Shown one piece after another: positions 1 through 13,934 of a stretch of DNA of 64,000 bases. Positions within the stretch are counted from its first letter, which is position 1; each line of letters starts with the position of its first letter. The position numbers and the translations under genes are program-made. The stretch is from assembly GCA_973895155.1 (NCBI GenBank), contig OZ316891.1:23807899-23871898 (forward strand). The letters are read 5' to 3'. Under the pieces are notes generated by a model. The model was not told where the DNA came from. It was given only the letters and a program-made list of their open reading frames with translations, and ran no database searches. The stretch comes from Marsupella aquatica. Taxonomy: Eukaryota > Plantae > Marchantiophyta.

Positions 1-660
1 ACCGGGGCCTTCATCTTCGAAGATCTGTCGGGGTTCGCGGAGAACCAGGTGTCTCTGTCATAGGAACTACATTAGGCTTCTTTATAAGTAGAGGTCGTTT
101 AAGAGGTTTACTTGGAGAGACATAGTATGAAATCGAAGCACCCACAACACTCCTACAAGACTCTGATTTCTCAGATTCTGAGGAAAATGAAATCTCTGGC
201 ACTACTCTCTGTGAGATGGTAATTCATTCATCACATGAGATGGAATAAATTTTTGAACAACATCTGGCAAAGATGCATCTGAACTGTAAATTGACTCATC
301 ACTTGAAGACGCCATAGAGAATCAAACAAGGGTTGTATAGGAGTACGTATTCCTATCCAACAGAGATAATTCAGATTACAGTATTCTATGAAAACAACTA
401 CTCAATACTGAACGAACCTCAAAGTAATCGCGAGAAATGAAGATGAAAAATAGATGCGAGCTCTTCCTTTTATAGTTTTTGGGGGCATTGTACACGTGGC
501 ATTCCCTGATTGGTCCGTACGAGGGTTTTTTCAAGTGAGAGTCTGTCTTTTCAAGGAATGCTGAAATTTAAATTGTAGATTTTTGAGGAAATCGTCGTGG
601 ATCCCAATTGGTCTTCAAACTGAAATATCAAGGTATGCGATGCAAAAACTTCAAAATGTA

Positions 661-710
661 GAGGGTGAATACTAGATGGGATCCATGGATCCCATCTGGT
701 ATTCATCCTC
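661..710. repeat. 50-bp near-perfect palindrome within a GATC-rich degenerate repeat tract (about 590-870)
   Basis: gagggtgaatactagatgggatcca|tggatcccatctggtattcatcctc, with two G.T mismatches. ORFs on both strands read MNTRWDPWIPS. Confidence 0.85.
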
Positions 711-911
711 CTATTTTCCCAATGAGTTTTTGGACTTGCAAAAAAAATAGGATCCATGGATCTCAGTTGGTATTCATGTCGAAAGATCTCCAGATGCAAA
801 GTTGCAGGTGGAAAACATTGAGGTTGAATACGATAGTGGATACTTAGATCCCGTCTCGTATTCATCATGCGTTATGGGCTAAAAAGTTTTCGGACATGTT
901 GTCGGGTTAAC

Positions 912-2510
912 TTAACTAACTAACTGTGTGGTTTTGGTCAATCTTGCCACCTTGCTTGGCAAGTCTTTGAACATATGATCTTTGTCGGTGTGGAGCGTCC
1001 TCAACACAGTCAACTCATCTGAAATTGATCTTGACTGGGAGTTCAACATCTCAATTGTGGCCTCATGTTGCTTCAGATCAGTCTGAAGGTGTGTCAAGTA
1101 ATCGTTGGGGGTCTGTCACAAAGAATAAAAAACAGAGTGTCATTCATCAACTCACAAATCATATTAGCTGCAAGCTACTAATCTCAGATTTCCAACGTTA
1201 GTGAAGAGAATAAATAGAAAGTGCGATAAAAACTAATGTGGAAATTGATCAGAGTGAAACCTCATCGTCTTCACATTGGTTGCCTTCTTCCAACTCAATG
1301 GCATTCGTGGTTTCTTCATGCTTCTCTTCTTCATTTGATATTGAATCCTTTACAAGCTTCAACTCCTCCTCTAGTTTGCAAATTTGATGATGAATCCGCT
1401 GCAGTGCACTTCGCCGGTCGCACTCTGAAGATTTCAAATTTTCCAGGCTTCAAAGAAGTTTCTGAACATCTTCGCGGGCCTCTCTTACTTGGTTCTTACT
1501 CCATGACATTTCTGATTGAAGCATGGATAGTAACAAGGCACGAGGGGGGGTATTTGGCGACTGCGCAAGAGTGGAAGGACTTGGCCGCACCCACGGAATA
1601 GGGGAGGCAGATGCAGTACCAAGTAGCTCAACAGGAACTTTTTTGAGGGAAAGAACATCCCATCCGCTCTCGGGGAAAGAGAGGCTTGAAGGAACTTGGG
1701 GAGGAACTGCCTCATGAATTGCATCCTCAATAACTTGTGCATCTGCGCGCTTATAGACACAACCAGTCTTCCTTACACAAGGGGGCCCATTAGGCTTACC
1801 TTTGCCTTCTTTATGCCATTGAACAATCTGGCTTTTCAACTTAGATGCAGCATATGCGGCCCAATTAACTGTCCTCCCCAACACTCGCTCAACATACACT
1901 CCCTTAACAAATGTATGTGCCAACACTCCATTGACCGGCTTCTCATATCCATTGACAACTTGGGATAAATGTAAGACATCCTCTTGTGGCAAGCCTGTGC
2001 AACTACCTAGTTTGTAACCGCTCCGTCCCTTATCTCCAAAGCACGTGACTAGCATTTCCTCACTGATGTCAATGATTCTATGGAGATTTTTGCCTTCATT
2101 CGGAAGGCCAAACTGGGTAGCAAAGAAGTAAGCGTCCTTGTAAAAATTGGCTGGATCCCATTCGTTGTCTGTTGCCTCTGAAGCTGGCTTGACTCTACCT
2201 TTAGATTTCTCAATAGATGCTACCGCTTGAGCAACACAATCATCTGAACTGGGTTTTCCTTTAGAGAGTTTGACTAACACAGACCCGGCTGGATCCCATT
2301 CGTTGTCTGTTGCCTTTGAAGGTGGCTTGAACTACCTTTAGATTTCTCAATAGATGCTACCGCTCGAGCACCACAATCATCTGAACTGGGTTTTCCTTTA
2401 TAGAGTTTGTTGACTAACACAGACCCGGTTGAGCGTTCTTGAGGAGAGTTTTCTAATGACCCTACATCCTCACCTCCATCAACGGGCAATGGAAGTGGGG
2501 TATCCATCAA
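912..2510 (-). pseudogene. Degenerate TE accessory ORF: conserved domain remnant, Pro-rich linker and coiled coil
   Basis: ORF 1450-2280 has ISEEMLVTCFG...SGYKLGSC...VNWAAYAASKL, resembling the domain in the LTR ORFs. Coiled-coil fragments follow at 1249-1437 and 912-1097, broken by stops and frameshifts. Confidence 0.45.
2149..2428. repeat. ~140-bp tandem duplication
   Basis: ggctggatcccattcgttgtctgttgcc...gactaacacagaccc occurs at 2149-2286 and again from 2287. Confidence 0.9.
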
Positions 2511-3987
2511 AACAACTACGACAAATATCGATGAAATCTGATGAGAGTTCTGGTAAATCTAAAGTAAGAGAAGGCTACGACAAATATTGATGAAAGTAGA
2601 ATAGGTGGTGCATTAGGTATCAAAGTTACAAGCGTACCCTCAGTCTGGCCTGCGGAGTATGTCACGCTCATGAAGTAGCACTTCCACCCAAACCTGCGCA
2701 AAATCTCCATGCCCACAATATGTCAAAGACCGTGTATGCAACATTTGCACCATTGCTGATTTGAAAGTTCTTGAGTTTACAAGCACCTATCGCCGAATGC
2801 GTTGCGACTGTCAGGAATATGAAGGTTTGTCTAGAATTGGTTGAAACTGCAACAAAGCAACATTTGCTTACCCGAGCTCTAAACCAAAGTCACCAAACCG
2901 CACCACCTTAGAAAAGATTTGAAAGAATAGAGAGTCCACACTATGTTTCCTTCAAGCACTAAAATTGAAACATTCGGTGGAACTCCTCAACGTTCATTGT
3001 CGACATTTACTGCCGACATCCACTACTTTGCGACGTCCAGTCTCGTTCAGTCTCACCACCACTGTTGTTGACAATCCCCTAAGCCTCCCAAACAAACTAC
3101 TTTGCAACACTACTCGGCATTCACTCCCCCCGCCACTGTTGTTGAGTATCCCCGAAGCCTCCCAAACATCTGGAAATTTAAGGCATAGCAAGCCCCAACG
3201 GCCAAATTCCTCACCGTTGATGGACACCCGCGGATGGCACGGAAGCCGCGCGGCTATTTCAAACTTGGCGGCGTTTCAAACTGCGGGAATGACAGAACTG
3301 GTCCCCTCCTTCTCCGTGGAAGGATCTTAGTGGCTAGAAATGATGCGATGTCCTTTTGTGTGGATACGCGTCATTAATTCCTTCACAGGGTTGAAGTCCT
3401 TGGTGGCCCCACTATCCTTCAATCTTGATCGTTGATCTTCTTATCACCACAAGGACTACCTCTCCATTTTGGTGATCCTTTTTGTGTCCTTTTTCCCCCC
3501 TCAAGCTTGCAATTGACCATTATTAAGGTCTGTGTTCTGATTGTCTACACTATGACAATATTCCTAGTATGCTTCACTCTCTAGATCTTGGTATCACCCT
3601 CGATCATAGCAGGCCAATCACAGCAGCCTGATACAAAATTGCCCCCTGATCAAGACTATGCTTGATGGAAGCAAGGAGCGCAAACAAAGAGAGGAGCTCA
3701 ATTGAAGCTTCACGATTGGAGGAAGCAGCTTGATGGGCAGCTCAATTGAAGCTGGGAGGAGCTCGAGAAGAAGGGAAGAGCTCAAACCAAGGCTCAAACA
3801 AAAGGAGGAAACTCAGTTCATACTCAGCAATTGGAGAGAGCAGAAATCATTTGACTGCGAGAAAAGTCTATAGAAGAAGAATAGCAGGGAGAAACTGAGC
3901 AAAATAGAATGGGCCGACAACATTTTGGCTCCAAGATTTCAAATACCTCTTGAGTTGGAATCGCAAACTAAGACAATCTGTGCTTCT

Positions 3988-4080
3988 GCCCTTTGCCCCA
4001 GCCTTCAAGCACGCCCTTTGCCCCAGCCTTCAAGCATGCCCTTTGCCCCAACCTTCAATCTTGCCCTTCACCTTCAAGCA
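3988..4080. repeat. 25-bp minisatellite, about 3.5 copies
   Basis: gccctttgccccagccttcaagca(c/t) repeated head to tail and decaying. Confidence 0.85.
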
Positions 4081-6411
4081 GCTCGCCCTTCAAGCTGCTC
4101 GCGCTTCAAAAAAGGTTGGTCGGGAAGCAAATGAATGTCTAGACCCTGACCCAAGCTCACATCGATCATGGCCGTAGCACCCAGCCCAAACACGACCGCA
4201 ACACCTAGATTGCTTGAACACAACCTTCAGACAAACAAAATACAGCCGCAGCACCCCTGAGATTGCTAAAAAATTGCCGCATCACCCTTCAGCTCACATA
4301 GGGAACATCTAGCTACAGCTCAAACATTGCAAAGGCACTTTGCGCATGCATTTCCTTACGAAAAAAACGAGGCAGCACCATCCCAAGCTTCGCGTAGCTT
4401 GATTTCCTTTGAAAAAAACGAGACAGCACCCAGCGCATACGTACGCGCATGCAGTTCCTTAAAAACCACGAGGCAGCGAGCATGTGACGGGGTCCCCGTC
4501 ACTCAAAATCATGAATAATGGGTCGCAGAGTGGTGTGCAATGTAAATAGCCATTGTAAAAAAGCCATTTTTTGTTTTGAATGTTTATGCCGCTCATTATA
4601 GGTGGCTCTGCCCCGGAGGTTTCTACTTGTTTTATATCCCAATAGTTCTAATGTTTACCGCCTCGTTTCTCTTGGGTCCTTGCTTTTCATGCACTACGGA
4701 TTGGATGTTAGTATCGGCGAAGGCACCGTTGATACCGTAGTGGGCTAGGGTTTTTCACAGCGTGTGTGTGCCGCACACTTTAGGTTAGTTTATTTCTTAG
4801 ATGTTTTTGGTGGCGCCGCTAGGGTTGCCGCCGTAGTTGCCACTCCGTGAGGGGTGCTTTGGTGTTTTTTCAGTATTTAGGGGGGAGCCCCGTAGTGAGC
4901 AAAGGGGGGGAACTCAATCTAGTGTGGGTTTTAGGGAAGTTAGCTCATAGCCAAAAGGGGAAATCGAGCCAGAGTAGTGAGGTAGAGGTGTAGCGCTTGC
5001 CCCTGTGAGGCAGGAGTTGGGCAGACGGCAGGAGGCCGGGTTGTCCTTGCAATGTGTTACCACTTTTTGCCAAAAGATATGGATTTGGTTTGATTCCTCA
5101 AGTTTTGGTGTGGGGTTATCTTTTCTGGTTCATGATATATTGTGTTCTTTCCCAAGAAGTGTCTAAGGAATCCTTGCACGGATTGGTCAACCATGTGAGT
5201 AGGGGGGGTGGTGACACCACTCCACCAGCGACCAACAGGAGTGTGTGTGTGGCGTAGTCCATGGGACTTGATCAAAAGCAGAGAGGCTAGTCAGTAGACT
5301 TGATCAAAAATTACATTTCCGGGAGCGGAAATACACATACTCATCCTACATGCAATAGAATCCTAATAGCGTCCCTCCACGTTCTCGTCATATGATAACA
5401 AACGATTTTAGTAGGAGTAAATACGTATTTTTCGTGTAAATTGTTTGATAAGCAGGTGACAGAGCACAAAGCGCCTACTTCGCGGCTCCCTTGTGCACTC
5501 CCCTTTGCAAAACGGGAGTCTTTCGTCCAATGGTCCAAGTCACATTTGCCCTAAAACTGGCCAGGCAATGTAAACCATTAGATCCCCAAAAATGGACGGA
5601 TGGATGGAATCGCGATCAATCCAATATCAGGCCTTTAAACCAACGTCTATGTGGGAGAATGGGTTCGACACTTTGCACCCTAACCCTTCCCCTTTCCCCC
5701 CTCTCGGATCATCCACCTCCTGCCCAGATAATTCAAATATGTCCCTCAATGCCACCATGAAACCCTATAACACTAAGTAACCTCTTACATATGGATGTGC
5801 CACGTGGACAAGTTATTAATGGACACATGTCCCCCATATATGTCCAGGCCAAAAATGCCCTATCTTAAACTAACAACTTACATTGAAGAAGTGGGGTTTT
5901 TTGCACCCCTATTAGACTTCTAAGTTGCAATATGTATTTCGCAACCCCTAAAGTTCTTCTACAAAAATTCTTAAGTATTCTGCAGAATTGAATTAAAAAA
6001 CCCTATACTTATTCCTTATTTGTGCTATACTTATTCCTTATTCATGCGTGATGGGTCAGAAGGGTCAGAAGTTAATAAATGAGGACCCCGGGAATAATTG
6101 CCCCTCTCGTTTCAGCGCAATGTACCCCAAAAGTATTAATTGTGTCCATTTATATCTCCAAATTGCAATCGAATATTCTTGGTCCAGCTAGTGCTTCCAT
6201 GTGGTCGGAGAAGAAATTTGCCCACTCCTACTGCAATTATTTTAACCGCAAAGAAGTTTGCTGCAGCCTTGGAGTTGTACAGTATGTTTGTAACAACGTA
6301 GATTATGATAGGGCAATCGGAAATTACTCCACACAACTTCCATCCTAAACAGCTGGACTACCCCGTACATCTGCATGTCTTGGGTTGATAGGTCAAGGAA
6401 GGTGCACTGCT

Positions 6412-6513
6412 CTCATGAAGAGTTTCGAAGCTCCTTGCATGTTGCCGATTCTATGTGCATGACTCATGAAGAGTTTCGACGCTCCTTGCATGTTGCCGAT
6501 TCTATATGCATGA
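6412..6513. repeat. 51-bp tandem duplication
   Basis: ctcatgaagagtttcga(a/c)gctccttgcatgttgccgattctat(g/a)tgcatga x2. Confidence 0.9.
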
Positions 6514-7479
6514 CACAGCTAGTACTCGAACGCACAACTAAGACTGTCTTCATTCCTAGGCTAAAAGAGATCATCTATCGGGAGTTGATCAATAACTGGT
6601 GCCGAAACACATGAAAGAAATCATGAAGGTCAGGTGACACCAATTGCACTCGCATTTACTCGATCACTCGATCTTTGGATGCGCGATTCTGAAAAACAGG
6701 TCTTCGTCCAAACGTCAACAATTCATTCATGGCACAGGTCCCTCGGTCGTCGGTCACATGCAAGACACTCCAATAATCACAGTCGCGTCGGTGGTTGCGT
6801 CGGTAGCTTCCACACCGCCAGGCCGTCGAGTCGGTGCCCAGGCCGGGACGAGAGGTCGAGTCGGTGCCTAGCACTTCTCGCTCCCTTGTTGGGGTTCTGA
6901 GAAATGCAGCCCTTAGGGCTGTCTTGCATGTACTGGAAGGTCCTGCGCACCTACTTCCATGGCAAGTCCAACAACGATCGTAAGGCGGGAACCAAGGGAA
7001 GGGATTGTTGCATTTCCTTGGGTATATAGTAGCAAACGCATGAGCTAACATCGCACTTGGAGCGGTCACGCAAATCAACGACGAACTGACAGTGCAGGGT
7101 TCATGAAGTACTGAAGGCAGACACAGTGCAAGGTACTCAAGGCTTTTGCCCGATGTGAGTGCAAGGCTAAGTCGCGGCACTAGATCACAATGACGGAGAC
7201 CAGAATAAGTAGTCAAGCTGATCGAGAATCAGACTGGAGGTCCTCTTTTCCGATCTCACTCTCTGGGGTGTCGGGGCCCATCACAACAACTGCCAACAAT
7301 CACAGAGACGAGAATTAGTAAGCTGGCTGGACCTCTTCTTTTCCAATCTCAGCAGACTATTTGAACTCTTCTCTGATACTGCGGTCTGACAGTTCTCATC
7401 ACTGAGAGTTTCTCGAGCCACCTGCTGTATAATTATTATTCTCAATTGCATCCCAGGGACGACGATCAGGAAGCTGATC

Positions 7480-10022
7480 ATGGGAAGGGAGTCGCCCCCT
7501 CCACTTCTGTTCACTAATGTAGTCCTCACCACCGTCGAGCCGCTCGAGAAGACGCCTCATGTGGAGAAAATCGACGCAACGGATGTAGATAATTTTGTAG
7601 GGGACACGTATGTACCCGTAGCGTTTGCCTACAGACTGGCGGACAACTCCGACGCTTTGTATATGGACACGGTCAATCGGATTCGACAAGGTCTGCGGAA
7701 GGTGCTGGTTCCGTTCTTCCCATGGGCCGGCCGATGGATTGCAATCCCTGGAGGTACGGGCCGCCAGCTGCAGTGCACCAATAAGGGCATTCCGTTTATA
7801 GAAGCGTATGTGGACAAGGATCTGGACTCAGTTGTGGGCTTCTCGGCGGAATTCCGACCTGTCCCGGAGCTACAAGGCTACAGCGTTCTTGGCATGCAGG
7901 GGAGGAGCTTCGCGCAATCAATGCTGCCAGATGGACTCCCTTGTGCATTCGTCCAGGTAAGTTCACGGGGATCTTCCTCCGTAGCTAGCATACTGTCGCT
8001 GATTTTGCACTTTTGGCCTAAATTTCGGTCTGAAATGGAACTGGAGAGCGATCTTTTCTAACCCATCTGGAATCGAAACGCACATTTACGGACTTCTGAC
8101 TGAACATTGAAAATCTCTAACTGGCTGGAGCTATGAATGTAGAAACTTAGGACGGATGAGTGTTTTGTTTTTGAAAGAGATCCTTGAATTCCACGACATG
8201 CATTGATATTACAAATTTCAGTACAGAAAATCCATATCTAATTGCTACATCTATCCCATACAGCAGTACATTCGTACTAGTTAGTCTTCCCAGAATACGA
8301 CATCTATCCGTTCCAGCGCCTGAGCCTCCCCCTCCTTTGATATGCAATTCATTGTTTGTTTTACAAGCGCAAAAGCAAAAATGGCAGGCCCGAAGGAAAC
8401 TGGCACTTCGCCGAATTGAGGTTCAAATTATGACATTGTCACTTTTACACTTATCATTGTCTGTGGGCAGTAAATGAGTGCGAATTCTCTTTTTGTACTC
8501 ATAGCAAACCCAGAAACTTTCCATGTGGTCATATCTCGTGATTTATTTCTTGTTGTTCTGTTATGTGCCCTTCAGAATCTGGTCATGAGTGTGAGATAGA
8601 CAGGCTCTACGGGAATTGGCACACTCCCTGCCAACCCATGCGTTGTGTGGCAAAGCCTCCTTTTATTAAGTTTTGCATAACCCTTTGACAGTCACTATAT
8701 TTTTCATCTTATAGAGATCTCATGATATGACACTGGAAAGAGTGAATAGTGTATATATTGTCCTCCATAGAGAGAGTAGATACCTCTTACATCTAACTTA
8801 ATGACGATGGATTAGTTTTGACTTATTTAATGGTCTTGCCTTTCAAACAGATCACACGCTTCAAATGTGGGGGCCTGGTCCTTGGTGTCACCTTCAATCA
8901 CATGCACGCGGATGGTAGGAGTTTTATGCATTTCATGACAGCTTGGTCCGACCTCTCTCGAACTGACAAAACCAACATGATTCTGGACCACAATCGAGCA
9001 GCGATACAGAAATCAACCCCAGGGCCTGGATCCCGCCGATCTGCCCCTCCGCCTGGTGTACCATGGAATTCAAAATGTTACGAGGTAAAAACCCGCGTAA
9101 ACAGCGTTGCTGTCTTCATCTGTCCATGTTTTGGGTGAGCGTATGGTAGGTACCAAAGATAAGCCTTGTTTCGTACTTGGGTGCAATTCATTCATGTGCC
9201 TCAACATAATGTTGCATCGGTTGTAAGATTTGTCGTGTAATTTTCTATCTTAGGTCAATGCATCAGTCATCGAATCTCTCAAACAGGAAGTTAAAAGGAG
9301 TGCGGATGGAGCATACGTGAGCACAATGGATTGCATATACGCTCACATGTGGAAAACAGTATCAAGTCTGCCTTTCTCGATCATAGGTGGAAAAGAAATT
9401 GGAATGCTGAGTGGTGTTGACGGGAGAATCAGGTTCTATGATCCTCCAGTGCCAAATTTGTTAGGAAATATCGTTACACAGATGACGCCGCCGACGATTT
9501 CAAGTGCTGAACTTTTGCATATGCCCTTGTCTATCATTGCAAGCAAGATCCGTGACAAGATCAATACAACCAGTCGCAAAACATGGTAATGATGTCAGTC
9601 CATGGTGTTATCTTATTTTATTACTTGTTCACAGATGATGGATTGTCCATGCATCTAGCAAATATTGACATTGATATCAATTATGTCTGTGATGCTGCAG
9701 GCTAGGAGTTGAAATAGATGCCATGGTGAATGATAATACACTGGTGAATGATAATACACTGATATGGGGACAAACTTGCTGGAGTTCCTTTCCACTGTAT
9801 AATATAGATTTTGGGTTTGGCAGCCCATTTTTTGCACCAGTGGTGAACGGAACACATTGTATGGGAACGTTGGGCATGACCTACGTCAGCCCTCCAACCC
9901 CCGGTGTTTCTTCGGCTGCATTTATGCACATTGTATCTACTCCACAGGTTCTGGAAGCTCTTGAACATCATCCAGATTTTCTGTCCTTTTTCCTCCCTCG
10001 AAAAAGTGCAAAACATTCATGA
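7480..10022 (+). CDS. BAHD acyltransferase, about 454 aa. Exons 7480-7956, 8851-9084, 9254-9585, 9701-10022.
   Basis: N-terminal GLRKVLVPFFPWAGR; VQ|ITRFKCGG split by the conserved BAHD 'Q' intron; catalytic HxxxD (HMHAD); C-terminal DFGFG (DFGWG-type). All three introns are GT-AG and splice in frame. Confidence 0.93.
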
Positions 10023-10105
10023 AGAGGTAACCAAGGATCTGCCAATTGGTTCATATAAACTCTCAAGAATGAGCCATTCCAACAGCCCTATTTGTAAGAT
10101 AGTGC

Positions 10106-10177
10106 AGGTTGCTCATGTCTTGGAGAATGGATTGTATCAATAGGTTGCTCATGTCTTGGAGAATGGATTGTATCAAT
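10106..10177. repeat. 36-bp tandem duplication in the putative BAHD 3' UTR
   Basis: aggttgctcatgtcttggagaatggattgtatcaat x2. Confidence 0.9.
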
Positions 10178-13100
10178 GGGGGAGTGACTTTCTGGGGTTT
10201 TCACTTCTTTTCTTCCAACCCATCAAGCTCGAATAAGTATAGTGTTGTTTTAATTGAGTTTAGTGAAATACTTTTAAATTTTTGTTGAAGAATATTAGGT
10301 TATTTTAATTCAATTTTGAAAATTATAAAAATCATATTGTTTTTTAAAATCAAGTTTAGAAATATTCCAAAAATATTTCATTCAGTTAGGGGAAAAAATT
10401 TACTAAAACAAACTTTAAGTTTTAGGGTGTTTATTCTTCCAAAAGTTCTCGCGTGATATGGGAAACCCCTTGGATTGAGGCCCTCGAGGTGACTTTCCCT
10501 AGTTGTCCAAGTTGTGACGATTCAGAATAAAAAACAGGCTACCTATTCTTCTTGCATGTGGCCGTGTGAAGCGCCAGTGGGTATAATTGCTGAAGTATCT
10601 CACCTGGATGACCATTGAGGACATATCCTTTGGCAACAACCTCTCATGCAGCACGACCAACTATGGTCACTTAGCTTCATCATTATTATCAGTAGGCTAT
10701 TCCAGTACTAGTAAGAAAGTAAGATCGAGTTTAGCAGTTACCTCAGCATTTGGGTACCGTGCCATTGATGAATTTCATAGTCTCTCTTGTGGGCAAGTTG
10801 ATGTAAGCTTGGCAGAATCTGGCCACCAACAGAGGTAGTGTCTGAATGGAATGAGAATTTACACAAGTTGAATGGGCAACAAGCTAGTACTCCTTGCTAC
10901 CTTACATTTTAGCTTCATGGATGCCTTTCACTGGCTGCAACAAGCACTGAGGCTTTTTTGTAGTTTAAAATGCGATATGGCTAGATTTATTATCCTCCCA
11001 CAACCACACCGCCGACTAAACATAGCCTGACAATAGGTTTAGCACAACGTCAACTCAACCGGGAACTCAATGCAAAGTTGCAAAACAAGTTGACGCAAAG
11101 TCGCAACACAACATCAATGTGGCCAAGTTAAGTATGTCATCCAATGAGAAGTACTCAACGACCTCTAGTAGTGCATAAAGACTTAGTTAGTACCTTACAA
11201 GGAACTTGGTTCCTTACTTTACGACATCCTACACGTCGTAAAAATGTTTTAAGGAATATGTATGTGGAGGCTCAACATACGACGTTGGAGACATCGTTTT
11301 GGCCCGCGTTTTGGGGATCAAAGAGTCATATGTAGGACTTCATAATGGAAAGACCCGCGGATGACAAACCTATAAATTAAACATCTTGCAAGAGGGGGTG
11401 AAGAAAGGAGCCAAGGACAAAGTTAAGTACATACAATAATTATGTCAAAGTGGGATTGTTATTTACTACAAGCCCTATGCCCGTGCCTTGCATGGTGCAA
11501 GGAGGGCAGGCTCATAGGGAGTCGGGCCGGGGTATTTATGGGGCAGCACATATGTGCCAGGGCGCACATTTATTCCATCAATGGTCAAGGAAAATAGTTA
11601 ATTGAATCCAACTGCTGTGAATCTTTCCCATCCAGGAGCTTTTTTGCCCAAGTATGCAACTCCCCTTTTTATAAGGCAAGATTCTAATTCCTTATAATGA
11701 ATTTATATCCAATTCACCATATGAAATTTCATTAAATTAGTCTACTAAAATCTACTCAAGGAATATTTTTAATACATGGGTCTACAGCCAAACTAGCCAG
11801 CTTTGGGGGATTATTTTTAAAAATTTTAAAAATATATTAATAAAAAATACAACAAGTTTAGGAATATTTTTTAATTTTATGTGGAAAGATAAGAAAACCA
11901 AACCTTTTATATGACTTCAAACTTTTTAAAAGTGGAAAACCCAAGTTTTTTGAGATTTTCATTTTTCTTATAGCCAACTTTTTACTCCATATAAAAATCC
12001 AGACCCCTGCTTATTATACAAGAGTTGCATACCCGGGCTTTTTTGTATTGGTTCCCCATACGGGTTGAAGACCAAAGAAATTTAAGAAATACGGAAAAGT
12101 CACAAGTTGTAAAATACTTGTTCGTAAATTTGTGGGTTTCCCCTCCGGCAGCCCTTTAAGTACCAGATGTTCCTCAAAGATTTTCCTGCTGCCATTGCGA
12201 GAGCGCAACCCCACATTGTGAAGGTAGATTCTCATGTCACTGGAAAGTCCCATGTCGCTTCCTGTGTGCTGCGGGTATCACCTACTGTAATCAATTCCCT
12301 TCTCGACATCAGATTCATCACCCCGCTCGTCCATTTCCTTCCAAGGATCGAAAAGCGCCATTGACATTTAGCCAGAAGCTCCGGGAAGGGACGCAGGCAG
12401 GACTAAAACCTTGAGTCCGTGTGCATGAAGGATCGGACAGGAAACGAGTCACCAGCCAATGTACTATAAATGGACCTCTAAACCTAAACCTCACTTCCTT
12501 CTCCCATCGCAAAATCGATCAGGCTATCTGTCTTCATTTGTCCCCTCCTTGGCTTTGGAAATGGCAGCAAAGTGTTTGAAGATGGGATCACTCCGCTCAG
12601 CCTTGTTACTCGACGTGAGTAGATAGACCCAGAAAATGAAGATTCAATCGGTAGACTTGCACTAACCTCGATCTCTGTCTGGAACTGTGGTGTACCCTCC
12701 AGGAGAGCTTGGGGCGCTTGAAGGTTGCATTGTGGAGCGTCCAAGTATGAGAGGGTACAATCTCTACACTCACGCCTGTAACAAAACTACCGTACACTGA
12801 CAGAGTGTACATATCCCACCTTTAAAACATGACCAGCGGAGTGTGGTCCATGCATGCCACGTGAAGAAGTACGACAGGTATAGTAGTGGAGGTGACCCAC
12901 CATGCAATCCAACCATGGACAAGTGGTCAATACTGGTTGGACCCCTGGGCCCTCACTCCGAGTAAAAGAAGTGAACTCCCTGTGATCGGGACTCCTTCCC
13001 TCTTACCCCTTGTTATTTCCATTTTTCTATAAAATGTTCCCTTGTTACCTGTAATAATCATAATTATTAGTTTCAAATGAATAAAATCCACCCTTTTGAG

Positions 13101-13214
13101 GGTTCACACGTCCTCCCATATTACTTAACACTGAGGGCTTGATCAGGGGGTTGGACAGGCCTGGTAAGAGAAAATTCTGGATGACTGTTGTGATCATTCG
13201 CTCCCTTCCATTGA

Positions 13215-13934
13215 GAAGCGCAAATAGGAACCATCAGGAGTGATCAGTACATTTACAGTAGTAGCGCACCACAAGGAAGGAAGAATTTGGAAGACTTTAA
13301 TAAGGCCTCGCGGACATTGACAGCAATGCCAGTGAATCTTCCAGGAACGACGTTTAGCACAGGCATGAAGGTACGAAAACTGTCGGATGCTTGGCCAGCA
13401 GTTTGGACTTGGAATTGAATCCTGCCGGAGGCCAAGTTTGGACTTGAAGTTGAGATCTTGCCCGAGGCTCTTGAACACTGCTCGGCCAACTGAAGGCTAA
13501 GTCAGATACAGGTAGATAGATTTCAACAACGAAGACTTTGTCAAATCTGAAATCATTCCCGGAGTATTCGAAAGCGAGGTCGAGAATGATAATTTTGGAC
13601 GGGAACAAATCTGTGCATTTGTGTTCCTCAACACCTCATTTGATTGATTGGTTGTTGTCTTCATCAGGCACGGGCAAATTTGGTAGCATACTTCCAAACT
13701 CTGATTGAGTCGACGAAGGGCCAGAAGACTTTCGAGGGCGTTTTCTTCGGAGCTCTACTGGCAGCTCGGGATGACCCTGAAGGGCTAGAAGAGCTGAAGC
13801 ATCTCGATGATTTCACGCTTGCCGAGAACATGTTTTTTTTGATAAACTTCGCTGCTTCTGACACTACCACGACGACTCTTGTATGGATCCTTAAGTATCT
13901 GATTGACTATCCGGAGGTCTTTCGCCGTTGCCAG
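13215..13934 (+). pseudogene. Cytochrome P450 fragment, CYP85-clan-like. Exons about 13215-13370 and 13668-13934.
   Basis: Spliced translation ...LEDFNKASRTLTAMPVNLPGTTFSTGMK|ARANLVAYF...ENMFFLINFAASDTTTTTLVWILKYLIDYPEVFRRCQ contains the PxNLPGT motif and the I-helix (A/G)xxDTT. GT-AG intron 13371-13667, donor at 13935. No N-terminal, ExxR or heme-Cys exons were found. Confidence 0.85.

Noticed and set aside
3589-3600. TGGTATCA as a tRNA-iMet PBS
   Set aside because: The match stops after 8 nt and no adjacent LTR end or gag is recognisable.
4483-5216. TGTGAC...GTGACA segment with a terminal hairpin (4484-4502) as a solo LTR
   Set aside because: The flanks GAGCA and CCACT are not a TSD, and there is no second copy in the window.
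12000-13157. LTR-like remnant truncating the P450 5' end
   Set aside because: A TATA-like motif and a ...GGACA end are suggestive, but no left terminus or TSD could be defined.
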